A DNA stretch of 64,000 nucleotides from Balanoglossus misakiensis (lineage: Eukaryota; Animalia; Hemichordata), in the NCBI GenBank assembly GCA_040954595.2, contig CM082597.2, positions 9,021,778 to 9,085,777 of the forward strand, in the 5' to 3' direction. The notes beneath the pieces are model-generated. The model did no database searches. It was given only the letters and a program-made list of their open reading frames with translations, and was not told where the DNA came from. The stretch's first letter is position 1. Each line of letters begins with the position of its first letter. Shown piece after piece: positions 12,695 to 25,406 of the stretch. Both the position numbers and the translations under genes were made by a program.

Positions 12695-13427
12695 CGGAAA
12701 AGATATAAAAAATAGCATCAAAGACACTTTGCTCCCATTTGATATGTACATTTAAATGTGACATACCGTACAATCATAGTGATCACAATTTCCTACACAA
12801 AACCATTAAGGGGCAAAGTCTCTCTCTCTCTCGCTGCCCTTTTTCCATTAATTATCGTTTGATTATCGTTTATGTTATTCTAGATGTGGATATATAGTGA
12901 ATCAACATTCCATCCCGCTTCATTTTGGGCGAGATTTTTACTCTCATATCCTAAAAATGGGATGGAAGGTGTGTGTGGTCGAATGTTGATTCACTATATA
13001 TCCTCATGTAGAATAACATAAACGGTGTCTTGTATCAAACATAATTAATGGGAAAAGGGCAGCGAGAGAGAGAGACTTCGTCCCTATAAGGACACCTTTA
13101 GCATTGATGAGGTAATATAAGAATACATCTGATAAAGAATATTTTCACATCCCAATAAACCAAAATCCAAAACAACTGGAAGAGCCGTTTCTGACATAAG
13201 TGGACTTTTGGACCAAAAATGTCTAAAACTACCCACCCCCCTGTTTATGTACACCATAATAACAAATATTGTAGGTCCTTGTAAACCAAATTTTAAGAAA
13301 TCGGAAAAGTGACTACTGAGAATTGACCAGAAATGACAAAAATAAAATGTATTTTTAAAAATATAATTACTAATTTTTGTCATGCTGTAAAACAACTCAC
13401 ACGATTAATTGCATCTGAATCCACTAC

Positions 13428-13579
13428 CTGTAAAGTGACAACAAATTCTGTTGTGAATGATGCCAGCTGTCAGTTACAATCTTCATTGTTGAGATAATTC
13501 TTGCCTTCAAAATATTCTGTACTGCTGAGATTCTGTTTATATGACTGTGCTATGAAATTCCCACCACACAAAGAATACA
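13428..13579 (-). pseudogene. Exon: CUB2 first half with premature stop
   Basis: YSLCGGNFIAQSYKQNLSSTEYFEGKNYLNNEDCN*QLASFTTEFVVTLQ; TGA replaces the conserved C-x-W tryptophan. Confidence 0.88.
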
Positions 13580-13914
13580 CTGAAAGAAAGAAGAAGTCAT
13601 CTTAACAGAAACACTTCACAAACAGGACATCAGCAAGATCACAGTCGAGGTAGGGCAAATATTGCCTACATGTGCAATCTATAATGTTATACCAGGTTCA
13701 CGTAGGGTAAAATTCGAAACGTTTCAGAGACACTATTTGCCTAAGGTAAACACAGAGCATTAATGCTTTTAGTTGCCTTGTGTCCACACATGCAAAGTTT
13801 ATGTGTAGTTCGCGAAAATTTGTGTCCACACATGCAAAGTTTATGTGTAGTTCGCGAAAATTTATCGTTTGCGAAAATTTCCAGTTTTACATTATGTATA
13901 AAACTTGGTATTAC

Positions 13915-14116
13915 CTGCTTGCCAAGATGCTTCAAAGCCAGTAGCAGTATGCGAACTATCTGAGAGAAATTTCACCAACATTGCATTACCACTGCTAATA
14001 ACTTCATCAGGCTGGTCCGGTCCACTGTATGTGGCAAGAACTTTGGATGGGTCAAACACAGACACCTCGACAATGACAACAGTATCATGATAAAGTTCAG
14101 TGTCAAAATGTAGAAA
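13915..14116 (-). pseudogene. Exon: CUB1 second half
   Basis: FLHFDTELYHDTVVI...SSGNAMLVKFLSDSSHTATGFEASWQA; CAG/GTAAT; 202 nt. Confidence 0.9.
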
Positions 14117-14210
14117 CTGAAAAGAATAAAAAAATGTCACAACACACATCATAAATAGTGAGCTGTCTCAAGCCAATATACATGAAAATAAACACAGTTT
14201 CATGACTTAA

Positions 14211-15188
14211 GCCCCATTAGCTGTAACTTTTTGCATTTTTCAGTATTTCTATTCTGTGTATCAATTATAGTTTCTTGTTCAGCTACGCAGGGCAGAGTTA
14301 AATCCATAGTCTTAACTTCTCAACGAAACCTATGAGGGCACAATCGGCATTGTTGTTGTTTGAAAACATTCGTAAATAATAACAACAGTCAGTACACATA
14401 CACATGACTCGTTGACAAGCAGAGAGCTGGGTGTGATGGGTTACTCATGAGGAGAGGAACAAGAAAAAGTGTTTAATTTAAATAATAACACATGATAGCG
14501 AGGGCAATATCACGATTTGAAGCCTGCATGAGGGATGGTGATCTCTGACCATAATATTGATGATGCCCGAGCCGCAGGCGAGGGTATCATCAATATTTTG
14601 GTCAGAGATCACCAGCCCGAGGGCAGGCTTCAGATCGTGATGTTGCCCGAGCATAATGTGTTATTAATTTTATTACGCCGAACATTTGAACGTACATACA
14701 CTGCAGCATGTAGCATGTAGACTCGCGTCCATATGTCGTACGTTGCTGAGAATGTAAAATGTCTCGATCTCCCAAGAATTATACGATACCTACTTCGAAC
14801 TTAGATTATTTTGAAAATACTGCGCTGTTGGTTGCGATTTTGGTGTATTTACTGCCCGTTTGCAGTAAAATATCATCCAGTAGAACAGGTGTTAAGCCTG
14901 TGTGTCGCTTTGAAGCCATATAGATGCGGGAGTTGACTGATCGTGAAGGAAGCCATTGAACGACAGTTTGGAACGCGCAGAAGTCGTGCCCAGAACACCA
15001 AAACAACCAAGCGGGCAATATCAGCGCACGCGACAGGGCTTTATCAACTCTAGCCATGTTATATCACTTTTTTTCTATATCACGTGAGCGCGTCTCAGCC
15101 AATCACGAAAACGGTATAATACGTGAGGTGTAATAAACACAAAACAAAATTACTGATAAACTAGCCTGAAGTTATAGATAATGGCCCT
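14211..15188. mobile_element. TTAA-flanked MITE interrupted by a hairpin-ended element
   Basis: TTAA|GCCCCATTAGCTGTAACT...AGTTATAGATAATGGCCCT|TTAA imperfect TIRs. Confidence 0.6.
14484..15136. mobile_element. Non-autonomous element with one long terminal hairpin (Crypton-like, tentative)
   Basis: ~180-bp imperfect hairpin at 14484-14665; short inverted pair TTATTACGCC (14670) / GGTGTAATAA (15127). Confidence 0.65.
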
Positions 15189-15440
15189 TTAATTCAAAAG
15201 TTTACCAAAAATCATGTTTGTTATAAGGAAGAAAAAAATCAAATTATTTTTTTTTTAGTTGAAATGAATTTAAATCTAATACATGTGTCTGTTTTTTTTT
15301 TAAAGTGTTTGTATGTCGAATGGACGGGAAAAGGTGTTTTGTATAGGCAGGTTTCCAGATTAGACAGAGTTAGTGGTTTATGCAAGTTTTACTGTAAAAA
15401 ATAACTGGTTTTGGAATTTGACAGTTTACAAGTGAGCACT

Positions 15441-15565
15441 TATTCTGGATGTTGCAGGTCCCTGGATTGTCCAAATACATTCTTGTAGAATGTAATAATT
15501 ATCATCTGGGTATCCAGTGCTGTGAAAGGTCCCCGATTCACCAGTTTCCAAACCACCACATGTTC
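15441..15565 (-). pseudogene. Exon: CUB1 first half, donor lost
   Basis: TCGGLETGESGTFHSTGYPDDNYYILQECIWTIQGPATSRI runs into SAHL* with no phase-0 GT donor. Confidence 0.85.
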
Positions 15566-16147
15566 CTGAATATCATTAAAATAAAAAGAAAGAGTATGTT
15601 TGTGTGATGAATGGTCATAAAGATTCAGCTCATCAAGTTGACGAAATTTCATTGATGATAAAATTACTTCACCAACAGTGAGTATCCAATGTACATGTAT
15701 AAAACAATGTTTGTATTAGTATAAATCAAATGTAAAAATTTTGAAACGACATTTATCACACCCGAAAATTCCAAGAACCGCATATTATGATTCTCTAAGC
15801 TCAAACTATCAGTGTGACAGATGCCAGATTCTTAAAATACTTGGCCCAGTTTTGTTTCTGATTTATATTTATGACATACTGTAAAACAGGAAATTTTTCA
15901 TGATATCAAAAGTGGCAACTGTTATGCGATGATTGATTTTCGCATTCTCATATTTCACGGCATTGCTATCTTCGAAAAACATTTTTACACAACTTGTTTA
16001 TTTTCGCGTTTTTTTGGCTCTCGCATAGTTCGCAAAAATGTATCGCTCGCGAAAATTTCCTGTTTACAGTACAAAATTCTTTGAGGATCAGACTTTCTGC
16101 TGACAGTTCAAAAGTAGTCTTTAGTTGCAAAGGAGATGATCATACAA

Positions 16148-17616
16148 TTAAACCACGATCGTGACGTCACACTATTCAATAGACAAGTCATTCACTGAGA
16201 GAACCTCCGTCTCACACAAAACCACAGGTTTAAAACCAAGTCCCGGGTAGTTCTAGAACTACCTCCGGGGGTTCTAGAACTACCGCAGGACTCAGTCTCA
16301 CCTGTCGTAACAAAAATACAAATACACAATGCTTTATTTGCATAATTACATTTACTTCTATACCTGTATTCAAAGTACATTTCATTTGAATAGAGTAATT
16401 GTTATGTTAATTGAAAGCGAACTGGATATGCGACAGTCTCCGGATCATTTCATTCAATGCTTCACATTCACAGTTTTGTCTACTGACGTACAAAGCTAAT
16501 GTCTTGGTGGCTCTCGAAAGTCTTCATAACATGATAATAAAAGTATAAAATAGACAAAAATCAATTCACCAGAAACAAACTAACGTTGCAATAAATTAAC
16601 TACAAATTTCTAGAAAATTATACTAAATCACATTATCCCCAGATTTGCTTGTATTACTCTAACCAGATGTTTCACTTCGATTTTGCTTCACTACCGACAT
16701 GTAACAAGGTTGGCTGTTTTAGGCCTAAAACCCGCGTACCTTGCAAAATTCTGCTTACTTTTTGTTGCTGTTCACCAGACGTGGGTTTGTAATGTCGGAC
16801 GGATTCACTTCGGTATCAAGTCTTTTCGCAGATGAGTTACTCACCAATATCGCTACCATACAGACGTGTTGCCGCTGTGGCTCGTAGAGAGTGGTTCGTT
16901 CAAAAGCCAGGGAGGCCAATACACAGACGGGCAGTAGTACCATGTAGAGCATTGTTACCCGGTTTTTGCTTTACCAACATGTAGCCGCTTGTTTTCGCAG
17001 ATGATATAGATCGGAACTACATGTATCTTCAGATCGATTTCATGGACATTTGAAGGAAAATAAAAAAAAAACGTGACACTTACATGTAGGCCTTCTGCAT
17101 TTGGCCTAGAAAATTTTCGCGTAAGCTTACCATGTGCACGCAAAACCCCAATAGCTGTAACGCTTCCCATAATACACTACGTAACACACCTGTAAAGTTT
17201 AATTTGATGCAAATTAGTGTTTGAAATTAGCATATCACTCTGACACGTAAGCATGAACATTTAGAGTAACACCTGTCAAGCGTGGGCGATCTTGTAAGGC
17301 CCAGCAGGGCGGTCTAGAACTACCTGCCCACGACATGATTCATTTATAGGAAAAGGGGTGGCCAACCAAATTTCACAGTCAGCAATGAAGAATAAGCCTC
17401 TTTTGATAAGCTTTTGTTCGTTCATTTTATTGAATCGTTGAGTAAAACGACGTCTTTGTGGTACACGAAGCTCCAATGGTGACAATGTCTGTGGGGGGTC
17501 GTGGTTTAAGTTAGAGAACCACCTCCCCCTCAGTGGTTCTTGGTTTCCAATCGCCTCGGGCCTGCGGCCCTCGGCAATTCGAAACCAAGAACCAGCTCGG
17601 GGTCGGTGGTTCTCTA
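16148..17616. mobile_element. Second hairpin-ended non-autonomous element (Crypton-like, tentative)
   Basis: Inverted pair TTAAACCACGA (16148) / TCGTGGTTTAA (17499), followed by a ~105-bp hairpin at 17512-17616. Confidence 0.6.
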
Positions 17617-17825
17617 TTACATAAATAGTCTAAAAGAAATTGTTAAGTAAACATAACCATACAATTAATGAGTGGAATTATCTAGCGACAACTGGCCTCA
17701 ATTTTGAATTTCAAATATAACACCATTCTGCACCCAAGGAGACATCACATGATCTGATCCCCCTTGTTTAACTTTTAGTGGTGAGCTCTTCCAAGTATAT
17801 CTTGTATTGCTTAGGGGACTCTAAC

Positions 17826-18118
17826 TCTCTCTCCTTCCCTCCCTTCCACCCCCTCCCCTCCCTCTCTAGCTCTCTCCCTCCCCTCTCCCGCCCCTCTCCC
17901 TCCCCTCTCCCGCCCCTCTCCCTCCCTCCCACCCCTCTCTAGCTCTCTCTCCCTCCCTACCCCCCTCTACCCCTCCCTCTCCCTCTAGTTCTCTCTCCCC
18001 CTCTCCCTCACTACCACCCTCCCTCCCTCCCTCCCTGTCACTCTCCAGCTCTCTCTCCCTCCCCTCTCACTCTCCCCTCCCAGCCTCTCCCTCCCGCTCT
18101 TTTGCACACACTCTCTCT
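17826..18118. repeat. CT-rich polypyrimidine low-complexity tract
   Basis: Runs of CCCT/CTCT for ~290 bp. Confidence 0.9.
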
Positions 18119-18213
18119 TAGTATATATATTGGGAGGTGACTACAGCAGTGCGAGAAAAGTAAAGACCTGATGCGAGTAAGGGAAGATTCTAGCTGATTT
18201 GAATCAGACTTAC

Positions 18214-18429
18214 CTTCAGCACAAGCTGCTACTTCACACATTGACAGACTGACATCATCACATCTTGCATGATACAATGGGTAATTATTTTCAAAGAGGT
18301 TTAACCTCACACATTGCCCAGTGGAGGCATCAGGTTCTGTGTCTGCCCATCGACCATCAAAGACACTACCTTTCCTGCCATCTGAATAATCATATTCCAC
18401 TCTGCCATCTCGATTGGGTCCACTAAATC
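18214..18429 (-). pseudogene. Exon: C-type lectin C-terminal half
   Basis: FSGPNRDGRVEYDYSDG...WADTEPDASTGQCV...ARCDDVSLSMCEVAACAE; TAG/GTAAG; 216 nt. Confidence 0.88.
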
Positions 18430-18875
18430 CTATAAAATGGAAATAAAGAAAGAAGATGCATACAGCAGTGTTTCATCCAGGATGGGGGGGGGGGGGGATA
18501 TGTCCCCCTTTGCTTGAATAGTTGCACTCTTGCAAGGAGGGGAATGAGTGACATCGCTGAGTCTGTAAGCGGCACCATTTCCCCCTTGACAAATTTCTAG
18601 GGGGGTGCCAACATGCTGACAGTGGGCGAATTCCCTCATCCCTCCATCTGGATGAAAAACTGCATACAGAGTCACTTAATAGCAAGATTTTGTGAGGTTA
18701 TTGAGATGTAAAAAATAGGCTTTTCAATTACCATCTTGAGACAATTATCATTCAAGTGTTACTATGCAGTGCTTACTTGTAAACTGTCAAATTCCAAAAC
18801 CAGTTATTTTTTACACTTGATACACCCACAAATTATTTGGGAACACTGACAAACACTGTTAAAAGACACACTCAC

Positions 18876-18994
18876 CAATCCAACCATGGTTCGCTGTTTC
18901 ATTGGAAGTCTCTTCAATCTGGTTTACAATCTCTGCTCCAGCATAACGATTTTCAGAATAACCCTCAATTACTGTCAAGTGCCCACCATAAAAT
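18876..18994 (-). pseudogene. Exon: C-type lectin middle part
   Basis: FYGGHLTVIEGYSENRYAGAEIVNQIEETSNETANHGWIG; CAG/GTGAG; phase 2-1. Confidence 0.88.
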
Positions 18995-19686
18995 CTGAAA
19001 ATAAACCAATTTATAACACATCAAACATGTTCCAAACTAATTTCGAAATTCCAGTCCGTGAATAATACATTTCCTCTTTGAAAACATTTAATATTGGTGA
19101 ATAAGAGGTTCATAAATGTATAACATTAGATTTTTGTTTGTAAAGTCTATATTTTGTGTTACACCTTTCCAATAAGTGTGTGATTAGTGTAGATTTCGGC
19201 AGAATTTCTGGGAAAAAAGAATCTGTGAAAAATTCACCTGAATTTTGGGGAGAAAAAAATTTGCTGAACGTTTCCTTTGAATAAAAAAGTTCAGCTTATT
19301 TCTTTTAGAGAAAACATGACAATTTCCAGGAAATGGCTGTTGTTTTTTTTTTTTGGTGTGAATAAACTTAAAAGACAAATTCTGATACAGTTGCATCAAG
19401 GTGATGGAAGAAAATCCCAGATTAACAGGATATTTGGAGAATTTATCCAGAATTTCAAAAGTAGTTCGAAATGTGACATTGTGTTATCAATGATCTGTGT
19501 TGAGCAGTCGAACGATGAACGGGTAGTTGACAATTCCCACGAGCACACCCGTATCTTTCCTCGGTAGTTGCGCCGGGCCGGTCGGCAATGTAACAGAAAA
19601 AGTGGTACGATATGCCAGCTGAGCCGTCGCTAGTCTACAATTCCGAGTCTACAAGGCCGTCTCTAACTAAAAATTATAATAACTAT

Positions 19687-20460
19687 CGAGGAACGTGACA
19701 ATTATATCAGCGAATGTGGGGCTGGGGGTTGCTGCAGTTTGCAGCCCCTCCATCTCCCCTGGACGATTTTTGTTTTTGCGGGGCTGCAGGTCCCAGCTAT
19801 TCTAAACCGCACAACGAGCGACCGGGATTTGGGCCCGGAGCGAATTTCTACACTCCAGACGTCTCCAGTCCACAATTTTCCACAATTTTTTCGCCAAATC
19901 GGTCCCGGAACCCATACAGCGCTTACCTGGCAAAGGATGTCGCGGTATTTGTCGATTTTGCCTACGTTTTCCCCAGTTATTCAACTTCAATCGGCAAAAC
20001 CAAAACTCGTTCAGGGGAGATGGAGGGGCTGCAAACTGCAGCAAGGGCTGGGGGCTGCAGGCAGAATATATGACCAAAGGATACGCGTGAAAAAAAGACA
20101 ATTACCTACTTTGCTACCGTGGGTCTTTGACTAATTAAAACATGATAACGTGCATCAAAGCCAGCCGAGGCTTCAGGGGCATAGTATTCCTGAGTTTATA
20201 CGCGAAGAAACCAAGAAATATTCATGAGTATGTAGACGGAACTTGTCTTTTAGCTCAAATTTGACCTGGCTTGAGGTCACTGTGACAGCGCAGCCAGCGG
20301 TAGAATTGGGGTAGGCATGAAGAACATATCTACTACAAAAACTGGTGAGGGCGGGGGGGGGGAGATGGGGGGGGTGGGGGCTTTTCAGTTTAGTCACGGT
20401 CCTTGGTTTTGGCCTTCGGCTTCACTAGAAAAGCCAAAAAACCACAATGCCGAAGGCCAA
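19687..20460. mobile_element. Probable non-autonomous element with an internal ~50-bp inverted repeat and a terminal hairpin
   Basis: Inner IR 19729-19779 / 19994-20044; outer pair AGGAACGTGAC / GTCACGGTCCT; hairpin TTGGCCTTCGGC...GCCGAAGGCCAA at 20409-20460. Confidence 0.5.
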
Positions 20461-21040
20461 CTCGTCGAAGCACCTGGTACGTCTATGGCAGAAGTCAGTA
20501 TTTACATGTTCTGACTCGGTACACGCCATGCACTTGCCAAGAGATTCCACGAGGAATACCATGATGATGAACGGCTCGGGCGTCTTCGTGTGCACGAAGA
20601 CACGATACTAGACTTCATTGACCCTGTATCATTCTTTTCTTTTCATGCGCATAAGGACATGAAAAGTCGACCTAACCTTTTGTTTTATCACTTACTGTGG
20701 TTTTATAGGGATGCTGTGAGTGAAAAAGTGGCACATTCGGGTTGTTGCCTTATACTTAATTTCTCCATTTCTATTGGAGCAGGCTACACCGGGCCCAGGG
20801 TCGAACTTAAACCAATTTGCAGCCGTGATGGTCGAACAATGTCCGACAAACTTTAGGCACGTCAAGCTTATGCCTTCCTGGGTCGCCCGACAAGAATGAA
20901 CTTCTATTTTAACGATAGGGCCTATTCCAATCGATACCCGCCGTATCAGTCACGCAATAATGAACACGAAATCCAGATCCCCCAAAATGATGTTTCACTA
21001 GACTCGGGGAGAGTGCTGTTTAGTACCAACAGGCAATTAA

Positions 21041-21180
21041 AGGTATACGGTCACCTATGGAAAATTAGCTATAGTTACCATGGCAAATTGAGATGTAGCC
21101 AATCACAGATTTTTAGTGGGTGGCACACGCGAAAAAAGAGCGCCGCCATATGTTCTCATCTCAGCCATATATGGTCCTAT
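21041..21180 (+). repeat. Terminus of a TTAA-flanked element; inverted copy at ~5760-5918
   Basis: TTAA|AGGTATA.GGTCACC.ATGGAAAATTAGCTATA..GTTACCATGG..AATTGA...TAGCCAATCACAGATTTT is shared between the two sites. Confidence 0.7.
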
Positions 21181-23699
21181 GTAACCACCTCATGTCATTT
21201 ACAGAATTGGAACACCCTAAAGAATGTCATGCAGACAATGTCACGTGTTGTTCCATGACCAACCAAACAACAAACTCATGTCCAAATCAATTAAATTCCA
21301 AAGAATGCTCCAAATATGCAGAATTGCCACGCAAGTCGAGCATACTTAAGCACTCTGCACAACTGAAACATAAAATCCAAGCTTTTAACAATACAACAAT
21401 AAACAATCCATTCTGATCGAATTAATGACCAAATAAAACGAAAAACACAACTCGACCCACAAAAAGTATACGAAGCGCTTTTAATCGCTCATTAATGTTT
21501 GATCTCGAGGAGACGTGTTAAAAAATCCGCTATGAAAAGCAGGGGAGAACAATAGCCTATTTTTACCAGGTAAACAAACACCAGGTAAAAATCCACCCAT
21601 GCTTCCAGACCGCTCTAGGATAGTGATCCACCCAATGAAACTGTATCTCTTTAACTTTAATTTGCAAACTCGTGGAATTGATCATTTTATAAATCGCTCC
21701 ATTTTGACGTTTTCTCTGTGGTTTGTTAATACGAATTTTGTCTGTGCCAAATCTGTCCTCTAATACTGTCACTTGTATTAGAGTTCAAATTACACAGAAG
21801 TATAATACAACGTTTTGAAAAAGACAGACATTTTTCGTGGGAACGGTGATATACTTAGGCCACACTCGAGCTAAAAACAAAAGTCTATATTTTATCAAAA
21901 ATGCCTTGGACGCACAAACATCTACAGGATGTGGAAGGGGCGGGTCAAAACCGCGATCTACAACTGTGCCTCCCCCCCCCCCCCCCGGCTGTCTTGCTTC
22001 TATTTGGAGTGTCAATGTGTGATTTAGCGTTGTTTGCGGCAGATACTAAGCTTTGTTCTTGTTTCACTCCATTTGCTGCATTGTGCTGTGCTCTGGTATT
22101 TCTCCAGGGTCTACGGTTACACTATAGGCTGATTAGTCGTATCTTTACTACACAGACAAAAAACTTCGAAGCTTTATGTCTGTGCCTTTTATGAACAAGC
22201 ATCGTCCGATTCGAATTCGACTCGTCATCGGTAGCTATGTTTATTTCGCCCTTGGAGACCTCCCCTGGCCTCGTTAGGATGACTGTTACCAGGACTACCT
22301 TAAACCAATCTTTTCGAACCGGACGGTACACACGACATGTCTATGTTAATTGTCCAGGTACCAGAGTGTACGTGTGGGCTCCCTAAACCCCTCATTGGCG
22401 GCCGGTCCCTGTCCGAATAAACACGTTTGACAGACAAAAAATGATGAACAAGTGGCTTACTTCAATACTTCGTTAACTAGACGGCTGAACTCTGAATGTT
22501 GATTCAGCAAAAAAAATGTGTTTACGGCAAGGTTTTGATCAATACGACACATTTACCATTGAAAACGCCCAAAGTAAGTGGGGGCGTTTGACCATCAATC
22601 AAACCCACGCCCAGGTGCATGTGAACGGCCGAAGCAGTGTAACGTTTCACATTCCGTGCAACGTCCGACACTGTGTGAAAGCGGTTGCTGTCGGGTGGCT
22701 TGACCTAATTTTCGTACATTGATATGCATTTGACACCTCACTACCTGTTTTCTTAATATTGCTAAAACTTTGCGTTGAAATATCACTGAAATGTTGATGA
22801 TCCACGCACAAGTCGTCTACCCCGGCATGAAAAGCTTTTATACAAGAAAACTAATTGCACATGACCACCAAGGTCATACCGCAAGGTGTGTCTAAATGTC
22901 AAGGAAGGACATTGGGAGGGGGGACTTGGGTCGAGAACGACCATGACGGAGGAAAAACCGACAAGTCATTGTGTAACCTGTTTACTTGCCAATAGTCAAA
23001 CGTCAAAATTTACTCTCAACTTGGTTGCAGATCGAGTCTCCCGAATTTCCAACTTTTATGATTGGGTAAATACCGATATGCGACTGGTATGCGACGCGTT
23101 GACGACGCGAAGATTTTGTTGAAATCAAATGGTTTGTCAAATGTCATCTCACAGCGGAGATACCGTGGTCATCTGACATGAAAGGGTTCGATTGGGTCTG
23201 ACCGCCGTCGTTCATCCATGCTTAGAAAGCGGCGATCATGGTACAAAGTAAAACCAAGGTCAAACCTTACTGAACACATGTATTGCATGGAGAAACTTTT
23301 CTCCCTGTCTGTGTACTGAACACGTACCGTGATTGCCATAGTTACAAACGTTACCACGTGAGAGAGAGTGCATTTTACATCTGTCTTTTCAATTTTGTTG
23401 CTTTCTTACTATTCGGAATGATGGAGTCGAAACGAAAACTTTTTGCTTCAGGTGGACCTAGGGGAAATACCTTATTTGTGACTTTTTTCATGACCCTAAA
23501 AAGACGTCGGAATTAATGTGGCTGAGGTCACTCAGGACGACGGAATGGTTGAGCGATTTTATTTTATGAGCTCCCACTAGTATTTGTTTTATTGTTTCGG
23601 CAGTGTGTCGCGTTATTCGAGCAATCTGCAGTCTGAAAACGAACGGTTTTCAAAGTTTATAACAGAAGAACAGGGGTTTAAGCATGAAAGGTCCTGTTG

Positions 23700-23940
23700 T
23701 CTCCCTCGCTGTGTTTGTGTCACTGTGTCTTTGACGTCTGACTGACTGATTAACTGGCTGACTGACTTACTGACTGTCTGTCAACGTCGGTCTGTCTGAC
23801 TGTCTGCCCCCTCTCTCTGAGAGAGAGAGTGAGCGAGCGAGCGAGCGAGCGACCGATGAGTGTCTCTACTGATGAATGTTGCTCTGTCTGTCTGCTTGTG
23901 TCTGTCTGCCACTCTGCCTGTTTCACTCTGTCTCTCCTAA
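23700..23940. repeat. Mixed microsatellite region (CTGA, CTGT, GA, GAGC)
   Basis: Directly visible simple repeats. Confidence 0.8.
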
Positions 23941-24567
23941 TTTCTTTAAATTTAGGGATATGCTATTAATGCGATATGAAAGTCAGACACGACGGAAACC
24001 TTTTATTCTCAAAACTGTCTGTTGTTTGCTGTTAAATATTGCAAAAGGTTAAGGGCCCTTTTCGCACGAGACACATGGCTTTGCAGCCGTAGCTCCCAAT
24101 GTCATAACGATTACCCGAACTACCCTAATTTTAGCCCGCCGACCCAAAACAGTTTAGATCTTCGTAAACCGGAAGTAAAAATAACGATGTCAAATATACA
24201 ACAATTCATGAAAATTGCGAGAATCACGCAAGAACTATGATGTCATTCTTCTACACTACGACGGCCAAAGATATAAAAAAATTGAAAAATAAAAAAATGT
24301 CCCTTTCTACCTACCCTATTTTTGAAAACCATGTAATCGGAATAGCACATATTAGTTTTTTTGGCCTGAGACATATCCAATTTCCCAACTGAACATGACA
24401 CGTGATCAAGCATTTTCGACTTATCAGATGCAATCGCTGAACACCTCACACTAAGCGAGGTTTTGTCTGTCTTTATACGCGCCCTTTGTATTTGTGCGTG
24501 ACATGTCCAAGCCTTGTTAGGATCTCCCATAAAATTCTACTCAAATGATGTATACTTTCATACTTAC

Positions 24568-24649
24568 GACTGACAGGTATTTTCAGCGTTGCCAGCTGAT
24601 TGTTTGTCAGGTACCGCTTTATAACAAGACGCCCCTCTGAGTTGATAAC
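24568..24649 (-). pseudogene. Exon: C-type lectin N-terminal part
   Basis: GYQLRGASCYKAVPDKQSAGNAENTCQS; CAG/GTAAG; phase 1-2 joins both neighbours in frame. Confidence 0.88.
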
Positions 24650-25348
24650 CTGCAATGTAACATCATTCAATTGGTCTAGTCATGTTAGCATTAGTAAAAT
24701 GCTTCAAAAGTGTTAAAGGGACATGATACAAGACACCGTTTATGTTAGTGAATGAACGTTCAACCACACACAACTTCCATCCCGCTTGTATGATACGAGA
24801 GTAAAAACCCGCCCGAAATGAATAAATGGTAGAGACCATTTATTCATTTTGGCGACTTTTTAAAACTCTCGTGTCTATACAAGCGGAGTGGAAGGTGTGT
24901 ATGGTTGAACGTTGATTCACTATATCCACATGTAGAATAATATAAACGCAGTCTTGTATCAAACATAATTAATGGAAAAAGGGCAGCGAGAGAGAGACTT
25001 TGTCCCTTTAATGAATACAGCCACAATGTTCTGTTTATATCTACTGACGGACCAGGCATGGATTGTCACGTATAATTCTTTGAAACGTTTGGTCCTCTGA
25101 AGAAATCTGAGCACTCATCTACTCAGTTTGCTTATTTTGTCTTCCTCCACCAGTCAGTGGTATCGTCCGATTTGATACTCCACTCTAAGCCTCTTTCTGA
25201 ATGGCTATTTAAGTTGTGATCTGTAAGTCTTAAACCTTTAATCACCCCCCCCCCCCCGTTTCCTCTTTAGAGGTCCAACATTACCATAGAAAACAATTGG
25301 TTTTGACTGAACCATGTTGGTGAAAGGGCTAGGGTCAATTCAACTTAC

Positions 25349-25406
25349 CTTCTGGACATTCATATTTCACAAAGGGTGTTCCAAACAGTGCTCCAAGATC
25401 CAATTG
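25349..25406 (-). pseudogene. Exon preceding the C-type lectin domain
   Basis: QLDLGALFGTPFVKYECPE; CAG/GTAAG; splicing gives CPEGY...CY. Confidence 0.75.

Larger units (their letters stand above)
6655..25406 (-). pseudogene. Uninflatable-like extracellular multidomain gene (CTL-CUB-CUB-CUB-Sushi x4-EGF), disabled
   Basis: 15 exon segments with mostly canonical GT/AG sites and compatible phases. Lesions: in-frame TGA at 13470-13472, lost acceptor at 12695, lost donor at ~15440, frameshift plus truncation in the exon at 9065-9165. No LDLa exon found after CEVAACAEG. The uninflatable assignment rests on domain order only. Confidence 0.85.

Noticed and set aside
13779-13862. 42-bp perfect tandem duplication
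   Set aside because: Small local duplication within a MITE fragment, with no sign of function.
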